Shown piece by piece: positions 43,163 through 56,066 of a DNA stretch of 64,000 nt (positions within the stretch are counted from its first letter, which is position 1; each line of letters starts with the position of its first letter). Source of the stretch: an uncultured delta proteobacterium (lineage in GTDB: Bacteria; Myxococcota_A; Polyangia; Haliangiales; Haliangiaceae). Under the pieces are notes generated by a model, which was not told the DNA's origin, did no database searches, and saw only the letters and a program-made list of their open reading frames with translations. The position numbers were made by a program, and so were the translations under genes. Location: the NCBI GenBank assembly GCA_963743525.1, contig CAVUQH010000003.1:864001-928000 (forward strand), read 5' to 3'.

Positions 43163-44335
43163 ATGCCGGACCCGGCCCTGCGTTCCCAGGTCATGCAATC
43201 GCGCCGGCGGCAGGGCGCCGTCGTCGCCATCGCCGCCGCGATCGGACTCCAGCTGGCGACGATCGTGCTCGTCGCCTGGCGCTGGCAGGCGCCCGAGGCG
43301 GCACCGACAGCGGCGCCGATCGTCAGCTCCCCGGTCCCGGTGGTCGTTTCCCCGCCGGCACCCGCGCCGGAGCCTTCGGCACCACCGTTGCCACCGCCCA
43401 GCCAGATCGCGGATCGCCCGAGCTGTCCGCCGCCGCGCACGGATGCGCCCCGGCTCAGGCCTCGCATAGACGAAGCCATCACCGCGGTTCACCCGGCGCC
43501 GAGCAACGCCGGCTGGATCGCGGCGTGGAACCACGAGCACGTGTTCGTCAGCTACGACGCCGGCGCCACGTTCACCCGCGCCCTCGACGGCGCCGGTGAC
43601 GTGACCGACGCGTCGTTCGACTGCTGGGGGCATCTCATCGTGCTGCGCGGCAACCAGGTCGGCGTGCGCGATGGTGGTCGCGAGCGCTGGCACACCGTCC
43701 CCGGCCTCCGCGGTGCCCACGAGGATCCCGGCGGCGTGCTCGGCGGCGGTCCCGACGTCGTGGTCGTCGGCATCACGCCGGACGAGGGTTGGCTACCTCG
43801 CCTCGCGAGCAGCGCAGACGCCGGCGCGACCTGGGGCTACCACGATCTAGAAGGCGACTTCGAGCCCGGCATGCTCATCCGCGGCCGCCAGCACGCCGAC
43901 GGCGCCATCGACGTCGGCCTGGCCAGCGCAGACTGCATGAGCGACGACCTGGTCTGGACGACGATCCGCGACGGCAAGGTCGACACCGTCGTGGACGGCA
44001 TGATCGAGGGCTCAACGTTTGGCATCTACGGCCAGCTCGCCGTGACCGAGACCGGCTGGCGGCTCCGCGACGACGACGAATGGCACGACCTTCCCCTCGC
44101 CGTCCCCAACACCCGAGTCCAGATCGTGCCCGGCGACCGACCCGTCATCATCGCCGGCGAAAAACCCTATCGCCTCGCCGCCGGCAAGCTTCGCGCAACC
44201 CGCCTCGTCGTCGAAGGCGAGCCCCAGGCCGTCGATCCCGCCGGCCGCGTCTGGTCCATCGCCTGCGGCCAGCCGCTGATCGCCAGGCGCAAGCCGACCG
44301 GCCAGCCGGCGACCTGCGCGGACGGCAACGAATGA
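43163..44335 (+). CDS. Hypothetical membrane-anchored protein with BNR-like motifs
   Basis: N-terminal TM; SYDAGATF and SADAGATW Asp-box-like motifs. Confidence 0.6.
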   Translation: MPDPALRSQVMQSRRRQGAVVAIAAAIGLQLATIVLVAWRWQAPEAAPTAAPIVSSPVPVVVSPPAPAPEPSAPPLPPPSQIADRPSCPPPRTDAPRLRPRIDEAITAVHPAPSNAGWIAAWNHEHVFVSYDAGATFTRALDGAGDVTDASFDCWGHLIVLRGNQVGVRDGGRERWHTVPGLRGAHEDPGGVLGGGPDVVVVGITPDEGWLPRLASSADAGATWGYHDLEGDFEPGMLIRGRQHADGAIDVGLASADCMSDDLVWTTIRDGKVDTVVDGMIEGSTFGIYGQLAVTETGWRLRDDDEWHDLPLAVPNTRVQIVPGDRPVIIAGEKPYRLAAGKLRATRLVVEGEPQAVDPAGRVWSIACGQPLIARRKPTGQPATCADGNE

Positions 44336-44451
44336 GCCTGCGATCCGCCTGACCTTGGAGTCAGGTCCGGGTGCGTCCCTCGCGCATTCGCGCTCGCTTC
44401 GCCTGCGGCAGTGGGCCGATACTGTGGTGGTTGCGTGGGAGAGGACGTTTC

Positions 44452-44853
44452 GTGACACGGCTGCTCGGGATACTGCTGCTCGTGGCGGGTTGCGGCGACG
44501 CGCGCAGCGTGCGTGATGCCGCCCCGGTCGACGCCCACACGGCCGACCGGGACGCCGTGCATTGCGGGGAAGACTGCAACCCGATCGCGAACAGCGGGTG
44601 CAACGCAGGAGAGCGGTGCGGCACGATCGTTCCGCCGCAGCCGTGCTTGATCGCCTGCGTCCCGGCGGGGACGATTCCGATCGGCGGGGGCTGCGTGCGT
44701 TCGGCGTACGGGACTGACGATTGCGTCGAGAGCTCCGCGTGTGTCGAAGGCGTGTGCCGGCCCTTCTGCTTCATCCCCAACGCGGGCTGCGACGCCGGGG
44801 TGTGCGAGCAGTTCGATGGTGGTGAGTTACCGGGTTTCGGTGTGTGTCGCTAG
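44452..44853 (+). CDS. Small Cys-rich lipoprotein
   Basis: Lipobox VAGC; many Cys. Confidence 0.6.
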   Translation: MTRLLGILLLVAGCGDARSVRDAAPVDAHTADRDAVHCGEDCNPIANSGCNAGERCGTIVPPQPCLIACVPAGTIPIGGGCVRSAYGTDDCVESSACVEGVCRPFCFIPNAGCDAGVCEQFDGGELPGFGVCR

Positions 44854-44874
44854 CCCGTCGCGGTTGGGCGCGGG

Positions 44875-46536
44875 TCAGCTGTCGCGACCGTCCTCGTCCT
44901 CGTCCGGTTCGTCGGCGTTCGAGTCGCCGGGCTCGCTGGCGTCCGGGGCGGCGGGCTTGGCGGGCTGTTGTTCGAGCTCGTCGCCTTCGCCTGCGCTCAG
45001 ATCGACCAGGTGGCCATTGATCTCGGTCAGCAGGGTGTTGGCGACTTCCTCGCCGACGTCGCCGCGGCGGGCGGCGGCGAGGACGAAGTCTTTCTCGGTG
45101 ATGAGCAGGTGGCGGCGCGCCGCCAGTAGCTCGTCGCGGCGGAATCGCTCTTTCTCCACGCCCAATCCCTGGAGCTCGTTCTCGGTGGTTTGCAGGCGCG
45201 ACTCGTACTCGTCGCGCAGGGTGTCGAGCACCTCGGTGGGCGCGGTGCGGCCTCGCGCCATGGTGTCGAGCTCGGACAGGGCGACGTTGACCGCCTGGAC
45301 TTCGGCGCGCAGCCGCTCGTACTGGATCCGGGGCTCGTCGCCGCGGACCACGCCGAGGCGGCGGAGGAGCGGGGTCATGGTCAGGCCCTGGACGAGAATG
45401 GACAGGATGACCACGCCGAAGGTCGTGGTCTCGAGGAACGCCCTGTGGGGCACGCTGGCGGGCAGCCCGAGCACCAGCACCATCGACAGCGCGCCGCGCA
45501 CGCCGCCCCAGATCAGGACCAGGTTCCACGCCGCCGGAAGGCGCCGCCGCGTCGGGCGGAGCAGCCCCGAGACCACGAAGACGACGGCCGCCCGGCCGAC
45601 GATCATCGCCAGGTAGGCGGTGACGATCGGCAGCCACGAGTCGAGCAGCGCCTCGGCGTGCACGCGGAAGCCGATGAGCAGGAAGACCATCGAGTTGAGG
45701 GCGAACGCGATGTACTCCCAGAAGGTCTCGGCCGACACGCGCGTCAACGGCGACATGCCGGTGCGGGCGCCGTAGTTGCCGCACAACATGCCGGCGGCGA
45801 CGGTGGCGATCACGCCGGAGAAATGCAGGCTCTCGGCGGCGGCAAACGCGCCGTAGGCGGCGATCGTCGTCAGGGTGATCTCGATCATCGCGTCGTCCAC
45901 ACGGCGCACGACCTCGGAGATCACCAGGCCGATGACCACGCCGATCACCGCGCCGCCACCGACGATGGCGAAGAAGCTGCCGACCATCTCGGGCGCACCA
46001 CCGGAGTGCTCGCCGGTGACGTAGGCGAGGATGAGGGTGAACAGCACGATGGCCGTGCCGTCGTTGAACAGGCTCTCGCCTTCGAGGAGCACCGACAGCC
46101 GCTTGGGTGCCCCCGCGCTGCGAAACAGCCCGACCACGGCGATCGGATCGGTCGCCGCGACGACCGACCCGAAGATCAGCGCCTGCGACCAGGGAAACTC
46201 GGCTTTCAGGTGCAGCGTCCCGGCGACCAGGCTGAGAATGGTGGCCGTCAGCCCGATCGCCGCGGCCACCCCGGGAACCGCCAGCGCCAGGATGGCCAGC
46301 AGGTCGTGGCGAAAGTCGCGCACGTCGAGGTGAAAGCTGGCCTCGAACAACAGCCCCGGCAGCACCACCGCGAACAGAATCTCGTGCGTGAGCTCCGGCG
46401 GCTTGAACGCGTGGAGCGTGCCCAGGGTCAGGCCCGCCAGCACCAGCGCCACGGTGTACGGGAGACGAAGCCGTCGCGCCACCAGCGCCACCGCCGAAGC
46501 GACGACGAACAGCAGGATGAAGGAGGTGTTGGTCAC
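44875..46536 (-). CDS. CPA1-family Na+/H+ antiporter
   Basis: LPGLLF, ATDPIAV, EGESLFNDG, WGGVRGALS motifs. Confidence 0.92.
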   Translation of the reverse strand: MTNTSFILLFVVASAVALVARRLRLPYTVALVLAGLTLGTLHAFKPPELTHEILFAVVLPGLLFEASFHLDVRDFRHDLLAILALAVPGVAAAIGLTATILSLVAGTLHLKAEFPWSQALIFGSVVAATDPIAVVGLFRSAGAPKRLSVLLEGESLFNDGTAIVLFTLILAYVTGEHSGGAPEMVGSFFAIVGGGAVIGVVIGLVISEVVRRVDDAMIEITLTTIAAYGAFAAAESLHFSGVIATVAAGMLCGNYGARTGMSPLTRVSAETFWEYIAFALNSMVFLLIGFRVHAEALLDSWLPIVTAYLAMIVGRAAVVFVVSGLLRPTRRRLPAAWNLVLIWGGVRGALSMVLVLGLPASVPHRAFLETTTFGVVILSILVQGLTMTPLLRRLGVVRGDEPRIQYERLRAEVQAVNVALSELDTMARGRTAPTEVLDTLRDEYESRLQTTENELQGLGVEKERFRRDELLAARRHLLITEKDFVLAAARRGDVGEEVANTLLTEINGHLVDLSAGEGDELEQQPAKPAAPDASEPGDSNADEPDEDEDGRDS

Positions 46537-46628
46537 GGCGTGCGGATCCGGTTGCGGAGGTGCTCCACTACCTTGTATCGCACGCGGCGATTATGCACAC
46601 GCGGACCGGGCCGCGCGTCCGCCCGAGA

Positions 46629-48311
<1,683 letters not shown>

Positions 48312-48405
48312 GGCGGCGGACTATAGCCAAATCCGCGGCCACCGCCAGTGGGCGGCGGGGAAGTCGGTGCTGGTACCTCGGCGGTCGGGCGGCTACCCTG
48401 GATCT

Positions 48406-49194
48406 GTGGCCCCGTACCGCCAGCCGACCGGCGCCGAAGCCCTCCATGCGCCCACGCGCCAGGGCAAGGTGCGCCTGGAGGTGGCGCCCCGGCACGTGGT
48501 CGTCGAGGTATCCGGACACCATCATCTGGCCGTTACCGACCAGTTTCTGACCGTGACTCGGCCCGGCCGACGGCGGCGAAAGCACCGTTCGTTCGAGCTG
48601 GAGGGGCACCGGCTGGTGCTCGCGCGGGCGGTGCCGACCGATGACGTCGGTCTGTGGTACGAGCTGCGCAAAGACGTGATGCAGCGGATCTTCGGCATGT
48701 CGCCGCCGGAGCTGCTCGACCGCGACGCGCTGGCGGCGTGGAAAGAGCTCGACCGGATCTACCGGCGGCTGCGCGATGCGCTGGCCCCGCATCTGGGCGA
48801 AGCGACGACGGGGACCGAGTACGGCAAGGGCGCCGACCGGGTGCTGGTCGAGAGCCGCGACGACCGCGACGTCCTCTACGTGCGGCCGCTGTTTCGCGAT
48901 GCCACGCGCAAGGTGATGGAGGTCGCCGGCGACGGCACCGTGCGGATATACGGCCGCAAAGGGGCGGTCACGGAGCTCGAGTGCCGGTCGCGTTTCGGCG
49001 TCACGGTGCACGGCGACCGGATCAACTTCTCGGGGCCGCGCGGGGACACGCGCGGGCATCTGTGGCTGCCGTGGATCGACGAGGGCGACCGCGCGGCGCT
49101 GGCCCGGCTGCTGGGCGAGCGGGTCCACCGCGAGGCAGAATCGAACGAATCCGAGTATCTGCCGCTTCTACAGGCGCTAGACCGTCAGCGTTGA
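48406..49194 (+). CDS. Hypothetical protein
   Basis: Long ORF with coding-like codon usage; start uncertain. Confidence 0.6.
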   Translation: MAPYRQPTGAEALHAPTRQGKVRLEVAPRHVVVEVSGHHHLAVTDQFLTVTRPGRRRRKHRSFELEGHRLVLARAVPTDDVGLWYELRKDVMQRIFGMSPPELLDRDALAAWKELDRIYRRLRDALAPHLGEATTGTEYGKGADRVLVESRDDRDVLYVRPLFRDATRKVMEVAGDGTVRIYGRKGAVTELECRSRFGVTVHGDRINFSGPRGDTRGHLWLPWIDEGDRAALARLLGERVHREAESNESEYLPLLQALDRQR

Positions 49195-49228
49195 CTCCCC
49201 GGGGATTCGACTTACGTTGAAACCCGAG

Positions 49229-49975
49229 ATGTTACGCACCTATCGGATTGGCTCCCTCTTCGGGTTTCCGCTCGAAGTCAACCTGACGTTCCTGATCCTT
49301 CTGGCCGTGTTCATGATCTGGCTCGGCCCGGTTGCCGGGCTGACCTTCGTCATCATCGCTTTCGGCTCGGTGCTGCTGCACGAGCTCGGTCACGCGCTGG
49401 TTGCGCGCTGGCTGGGCGTGCCGGTCGCCGGGATCGAGCTGCACTTCTTCGGCGGCACGGCGAAGATGATCGGCGCGCCGCGCTCGTCCGGTGACGAGAT
49501 CGCGATCGCCGCGGCCGGGCCGGCGGTGTCGTTTGCGCTGGGCGGCGTCGGTGTGGCGCTGGCCGCGCTGACCCACTCGCCGTTCTTCGTCATGCTCGGC
49601 TGGATCAACCTGGTCATGGCGCTGTTCAACCTGGTGCCGGCGCTGCCGATGGACGGCGGGCGGATCTTCCGCGCGCTACTTTCGCGGCGCATGGGCATGC
49701 TGCGGGCGACCGAGATCTCGGTGACCGTGGCCCGCGGCGTGGCCATCGTCATGGGCGTCGTCGGTCTGGTGACGCTGCAGCTCTACCTGGCGCTGCTGGC
49801 GGTGGTGCTGTGGACCATGGGCACCGCCGAGCTGAACAACGCGCGGGCGATGGCCGCGTATGGACAGCCGATGGGCGGGCCCCTCGACATGAACCTGCCG
49901 CCGAGCTGGCGCGGGCGTTCGAGCGGACAGCCACGCGTCCGCGTGATCCACTGGAACTGGCCGAAGTCGCGCTAG
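49229..49975 (+). CDS. Site-2 (M50) intramembrane zinc protease
   Basis: HELGH, IAAAGP, FNLVPALPMDGG. Confidence 0.92.
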   Translation: MLRTYRIGSLFGFPLEVNLTFLILLAVFMIWLGPVAGLTFVIIAFGSVLLHELGHALVARWLGVPVAGIELHFFGGTAKMIGAPRSSGDEIAIAAAGPAVSFALGGVGVALAALTHSPFFVMLGWINLVMALFNLVPALPMDGGRIFRALLSRRMGMLRATEISVTVARGVAIVMGVVGLVTLQLYLALLAVVLWTMGTAELNNARAMAAYGQPMGGPLDMNLPPSWRGRSSGQPRVRVIHWNWPKSR

Positions 49976-50668
49976 CTACTGGGCCTGGATCAGGACGTCG
50001 ATTGCGAGCGACGGGTCGTAGTCGTTCTCGAAGGTGACCGGGTAGTCGCCGGCGGGAACGTTGAAGTAGATGTAGCCGTTGGCCGGGTCGGAGCCGGCGA
50101 CCTGACCGTCGTTGAGCACCGAGTCGATGGTCGCGGTGTACGTGTAGCGGCCCATGGTCGGCGCGGCGTCGCCGATGAGCGGCAGCACGTAGAACGACGT
50201 GTTCTGGTCGGCGTTGACCTGCCAGATCTCGTCGTAGCTGGCGTCGCTGGTCGGGCCGACGGCGTCGCCGACGAAGTTGTCGAGGCCGAGGCCGCTCAGC
50301 TCTTGCACGCCGACCTCGAGGAAGTCGACCTCGACCTGGTTGACGTCGTAGGCGGTGATGCGCGCGACGCCCGCGGACTGGCCGACGGCGGCCCAGGTCG
50401 GTTTGCCGCCGACGTCGGCGACTGGATCGAGCGTCAGCACGCTGGGATCGTCGCTGGCCAGGGTCACGCCGGCAGTGGAGAAGCCGTCGATGCCGGCGAT
50501 CTGCACGTCGATGATGCCGCCGACGCCGACCGAGTCGGCGAAGTCGCAGCCCGAGACCAGGCCGCAGTTTTGCGGAGTGAAGCGGATGTTGCCGTTGGCG
50601 CCGGTCTTGGACGTGTTGCAGCCGACCGCCAGCAGCGCGAGGGACAGGAATAGGCCAGTGGATCGCAT
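49976..50668 (-). CDS. Hypothetical lipoprotein
   Basis: AAGGAG RBS, lipobox AVGC. Confidence 0.65.
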   Translation of the reverse strand: MRSTGLFLSLALLAVGCNTSKTGANGNIRFTPQNCGLVSGCDFADSVGVGGIIDVQIAGIDGFSTAGVTLASDDPSVLTLDPVADVGGKPTWAAVGQSAGVARITAYDVNQVEVDFLEVGVQELSGLGLDNFVGDAVGPTSDASYDEIWQVNADQNTSFYVLPLIGDAAPTMGRYTYTATIDSVLNDGQVAGSDPANGYIYFNVPAGDYPVTFENDYDPSLAIDVLIQAQ

Positions 50669-50782
50669 GAGTCGAAGCTCCTTTGCGGGGTTAACGTGCC
50701 CCGCCAGGGCGATCTTCACCCGGCAGGCCGGCGAGGGCAAACCGGTTACCGCAGGCTGCCCGCCGGCGTGCCCGCGACCACG

Positions 50783-51934
<1,152 letters not shown>

Positions 51935-51988
51935 GCCGGGACTCTACACAATGACGCATTGGAAATGCGGCATTGTGGCGCGCGACGA

Positions 51989-53041
51989 TCAATTCTCGCG
52001 GGTGGCCTGGTAAATCGAGTCGAGGAGGTTTCGCGACGACTCTTGCTCGCCGCGGGCGATGGCGTGGATGGCGTCAACGGCGCTGGCGTTGACCGGCGTG
52101 GGGATGCCGTATTTGCCGCCGCGCGTCACGATCTCTCCGTTGAGGAAGTTGACCGACGGTGTCCGCCCGCGCTCGATCGCCGACAGCATCGAGCTGCGCA
52201 TGCGCCGGTAGCGCAGGCCGACGGCGAGCAGCAGCGCGTGCTTGGCGGTGAGGCCGGCCGAGCCGCGCTTCTTGCGCTCCTCGGCGCCCAGGGCGATCCA
52301 GTCGAGATCGAGGGTGCCGGCGACCTTCTCCAGCGACACGCCCTCGGCGCGGGCGACCTCGACCACCTCGGTCATCACCTCCAGCGCCAGGCGGCGGTAG
52401 CGGCGCACGCGAACCAGCGGCCCGAGACGCTCGCCGGCGATGGTCGCCAGCGACGAGATGGCGCAGTTGAGCGCCAGCTTGGACCAGCGGGCGCCGGCCA
52501 GGTTCGACGTCAGCTGGGCCGGGCCGACCGCCTCGAGCAGACCGGCGACCATGCGGCAGCCATCGTCGGGCGGCGCACCCGAGCGGCCGATGGTGAAGCC
52601 GCCGGCCGCGGTTCGCTCGTACAGCCCGGGCTCGGGCATCGACGCGCCCCAGGCGACGATGGCGCCGATCACCCGCTCGCGGCCGGCGATGGCCGCGATG
52701 CGGTCCTCGCACAGGCCGTTCTGGAACACGACCATGTTGCCGTCGGCGGCCAGCGCGGGCAGCGCTTGACGCGCCGCCTCCTCGACCTGCGGCGGCTGCG
52801 TGGCCAGCAGCACCAGGTCGAACTCACCTTCGGGCACGCCGACAGAAATCTGGCCCGCGACGGTGCGCGTGCCGCCCTGGTCGGAGATCCGGTAGCCGTA
52901 GCTCCGTACGGCGTTGGCGATCCGCTCGTTGGTGGTGACGCCGGTAACATCGACGCCGACCTCGGCGAGGTGCGCGGCCACGGTGCCGCCGATGGCGCCA
53001 CAGCCCACGACCAGGACACGGGGAGACGGGGAATCCTTCAC
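51989..53041 (-). CDS. panE: 2-dehydropantoate 2-reductase family protein
   Basis: GCGAIGG, QNG, WSKLALN, SSML...LNG motifs. Confidence 0.8.
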   Translation of the reverse strand: MKDSPSPRVLVVGCGAIGGTVAAHLAEVGVDVTGVTTNERIANAVRSYGYRISDQGGTRTVAGQISVGVPEGEFDLVLLATQPPQVEEAARQALPALAADGNMVVFQNGLCEDRIAAIAGRERVIGAIVAWGASMPEPGLYERTAAGGFTIGRSGAPPDDGCRMVAGLLEAVGPAQLTSNLAGARWSKLALNCAISSLATIAGERLGPLVRVRRYRRLALEVMTEVVEVARAEGVSLEKVAGTLDLDWIALGAEERKKRGSAGLTAKHALLLAVGLRYRRMRSSMLSAIERGRTPSVNFLNGEIVTRGGKYGIPTPVNASAVDAIHAIARGEQESSRNLLDSIYQATREN

Positions 53042-53129
53042 CGCCGCAGTATACGGGGCCCGTAGGTCCGCGAAAAAACGCGGGCCGATTTCGGATCCCG
53101 ACGGCCCGTCAGCTACAATTCCGCCGGAG

Positions 53130-54077
53130 ATGGAGCTCACCTTCTGGGGCGTCCGCGGCAGTTACCCGGTTCCCGGCCCGAGCACGGTCCGCTACGGCGG
53201 CCAGACCTCGTGCGTCGAATGCCGGTCGGCCTCGGGGTCCGTCCTGGTGGTGGATGCCGGCACCGGGCTGCGCGCTCTGGGCCAGAAGCTGGCCCAGGAA
53301 CAGGGGGCCAGCTCCGCCCGGCACTACCATTTCGTGCTCTCCCACGTGCACTGGGACCACATCCAGGGGCTTCCGTTCTTCGAGCCGGCCTACATCCCCG
53401 GCACCCGGATCACCATCTACGCCATGCGCGCGGCCGCCGACGAGCTGCAGCAGGTGATCGGCGGCATCACCCGCCACGAGTTCTTTCCCATGCCGCTCGA
53501 GGCGGTGCCGGCCACCTTCGACTTCCGCGAGGTGACGCCGCTGGTGCCGTTCGAGATCGACGACTTCGTGCTGACGCCGATCGGGCTGAACCATCCGTTC
53601 GGCGCCGTCGGCTACCGCATCGAGGCCGACAACACCAGCTGGGCCTACGTCAGTGACACGGCGCCGTTCGATCTGGTGCGGCACAAGCAGCACTTCCTCG
53701 AGGGGCCCGAGCCGCTGAGCGACGAAGACCGCGCGGCGCTGGCATCGATGCGAGCCGACCTGGTCGGTGCGCTGCACGACACCCACACGGTCGTCTACGA
53801 CACCCACTTCACCCCCGAGGAGTACGCGCGCTTCCCCCACTACGGCCACTCGACGCCGGACCACGCGCTGGAGGTCTGCGCCGAGGCCGGGGTCAAGCGG
53901 CTGGTGCTGTATCACCACGCGCCGTCGCACAGCGACGAGCAGATGGACGAGATCGACCGCACCTATCGGCTCAAGGGCGCCAGCGCCGGCGTCAACGTCG
54001 CCACCGCGCGCGAGCGACAGACGTTGCGCGTCGGCGCGCGGTCGCGGCAGGCGACCAACCCGGGGGTCGGGGCGTGA
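53130..54077 (+). CDS. MBL-fold metallo-hydrolase (RNase Z/phosphodiesterase-like)
   Basis: FWGVRGS, DAGTG, HVHWDH, GHST, LYHH. Confidence 0.9.
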   Translation: MELTFWGVRGSYPVPGPSTVRYGGQTSCVECRSASGSVLVVDAGTGLRALGQKLAQEQGASSARHYHFVLSHVHWDHIQGLPFFEPAYIPGTRITIYAMRAAADELQQVIGGITRHEFFPMPLEAVPATFDFREVTPLVPFEIDDFVLTPIGLNHPFGAVGYRIEADNTSWAYVSDTAPFDLVRHKQHFLEGPEPLSDEDRAALASMRADLVGALHDTHTVVYDTHFTPEEYARFPHYGHSTPDHALEVCAEAGVKRLVLYHHAPSHSDEQMDEIDRTYRLKGASAGVNVATARERQTLRVGARSRQATNPGVGA

Positions 54078-54913
54078 AGGTCCACTTCTGGGGCACGCGC
54101 GGCTCGTTCGCCATGACCGGCAGCGAGTTCCTGCGCTACGGCGGCAACACCACCGCGGTCGAGCTGCAGAACGACGCCGGCCGCCGGGTGTTGATCGATC
54201 TGGGCACCGGCATCACCGAGCTGGCCAAAGAGCTGATGGGCACCGAGTTCGGCACCGGCGCCGGCCAGCTGCAGGTGTTGCTGACCCACACGCACCTCGA
54301 CCACATCCAGGGGCTGCCGTTCTTCACCCCGCTGTTCATCCGCGGCAACCGGATCAACGTGCTCGGCCACGAGAGCGAGGACCTGCGCCTGGTCGAGGTG
54401 TTCCAGGGACAGCTCAACCCGCACTATTCGCCGCTGTACGGCCTGGAGAACCTGGCCGCCGGCGTGCAGTTCGACCCGATTCAGCCGGGCAGCTCGCTGC
54501 CGGTCGAGGGCTTCGAGGTGTCCGCGGTGCTGTTGCCCCACGGCGGCATGGAGACGCTGGCGTTCCGCGTCGCCGCCGACGGCCACGCGGTCGCGTTCAT
54601 GAGCGACGTCGAGTACCTCGACGGGCCCACGCCCGAGGCGCTGGCGCTGGCCAAGGGCGCCGACCTGCTGATCCACGACAGCATGTTCGGCGACGAGGAG
54701 TACGAGACCCGCAAAGGCTGGGGCCACTCGTCGGTGAACATCGCCATCGACGTGGCGCAGCGGGCCGGGGCGGGCAAGCTGGCCCTGTTCCACCACAGCC
54801 CGGACGCCACCGACGCGGTCATCGACGCCCGCGTCGAGTCGGCCCAGGCGCGGACCGACTTCCCGGTGTTCGGCGCCCGCGAAGGCGCCGTGCTCGAGCT
54901 CGGCGCAGACTAG
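54074..54913 (+). CDS. MBL-fold metallo-hydrolase, tandem paralog
   Basis: FWGTRGS, DLGTG, HTHLDH, WGHSS, LFHH. Confidence 0.9.
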   Translation: MKVHFWGTRGSFAMTGSEFLRYGGNTTAVELQNDAGRRVLIDLGTGITELAKELMGTEFGTGAGQLQVLLTHTHLDHIQGLPFFTPLFIRGNRINVLGHESEDLRLVEVFQGQLNPHYSPLYGLENLAAGVQFDPIQPGSSLPVEGFEVSAVLLPHGGMETLAFRVAADGHAVAFMSDVEYLDGPTPEALALAKGADLLIHDSMFGDEEYETRKGWGHSSVNIAIDVAQRAGAGKLALFHHSPDATDAVIDARVESAQARTDFPVFGAREGAVLELGAD

Positions 54914-55940
54914 CTACGACGCGCGGGCGGCGATCTCCTGCTCGGCGCGCTCGAGCTCGACGAACGGGTCGGTCGCATCCTCGAACTGCAGGATGCCCAG
55001 CTCGGCGAAGCGCTGGCGCTGCCTGTCGCTGAGCAGACCCAGCCGCTTGATGGCCGGCACGATCTTGGCAAACAGCATCTGCCGGAACATCTTCTGCGAG
55101 GTGTTGTTCAGGGTGATGTCCATGCACTCCTGCTGGGGCAGCCCCTGCTTCTCCCACACCTGCTGGAACAGGAACCGGTCGCGCATGAGGCGAGCGGCCT
55201 CGTAGACGAAGTCCTCGCGCTCCTGGATCTCCTTCTCCGGCTGGTCGTCGTAGTAGCTGCTGAGCGACAGGATGCCGTAGGCCACGTGGCGGGCCTCGTC
55301 CTGCATGACGTAGGTGGTCAGCTCGCGCAGCAGCGGCTCGTAGGTGTTCTGGCGGATCATGTTGAACGCCGCCAGCGCCAGCCCCTCGACCATGATCTGC
55401 ATGCCCAGGAACTTCATGTCCCAGCGCGAGTCCTTGAGGATCAGGTCGAGCAGCGTCTTCAGGTGCTCGCTGACCGGGTAGGAGAAGCCGATCTTCTCGT
55501 GCAGGTAGCGGTTGTAGACGTCGACGTGGCGGGCCTCGTCCATGACCTGGCTCGAGCCGTACAGCTTGCTGTCGAGGTCGGGCACCGAGTTCGACCAGCT
55601 GGGCGGTGGCCAGCAGCGCCCCCTGCTCGCCGTGGAGGAACTGCGACAGGGTCCAGGCGTTGATCTCGATGTTCAGCTGGGTCTTCTCCCGCTCGCTCAG
55701 CTTGGCGTAGATGTCCGAGCCGAACAGCGGGTGCATCATCTCGGGCGCGCCGGGCGCCTCGAGATCGACGTCGGTCTCCCAGGGCAGCGCGTCGTTGGCG
55801 ATCCACTGGTTGCGCTGGGCCTTCTCGTACAGGTTGCGCAGCTTCTCTCGCGTCTCCTCGTAGCCCCACGTATACGTGACGTCTAGAACCGCCTCCAGCA
55901 CCTCGATGCTGGAGTTGCCGGCGGATTGCTGCTCGCTCAT
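54914..55940 (-). CDS. Ferritin-like di-iron oxygenase (AurF-like), frameshifted near 55590
   Basis: LSQFLHGEQGAL, DEARH twice, VEGLAL; the halves lie in ORFs 54819..56852 and 54914..55585; GGAGG RBS. Confidence 0.8.
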
Positions 55941-55953
55941 CGACCCCTCCGAG

Positions 55954-55976
55954 AAAGTGAAACTGATTTCAAGTTT
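55954..55976. promoter_or_regulatory. Candidate TetR operator
   Basis: TGAAA-CTGA-TTTCA palindrome (55958-55971) between the divergent di-iron gene and TetR gene. Confidence 0.5.
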
Positions 55977-56066
55977 GACTTCGGGGCCGGCTCTGGTCAA
56001 GGAAAATCCGCGGGTCGCGCGCATCGCTGGAACTGCTGGGCCAGATCGCGCAGGATGCAGAAGACC

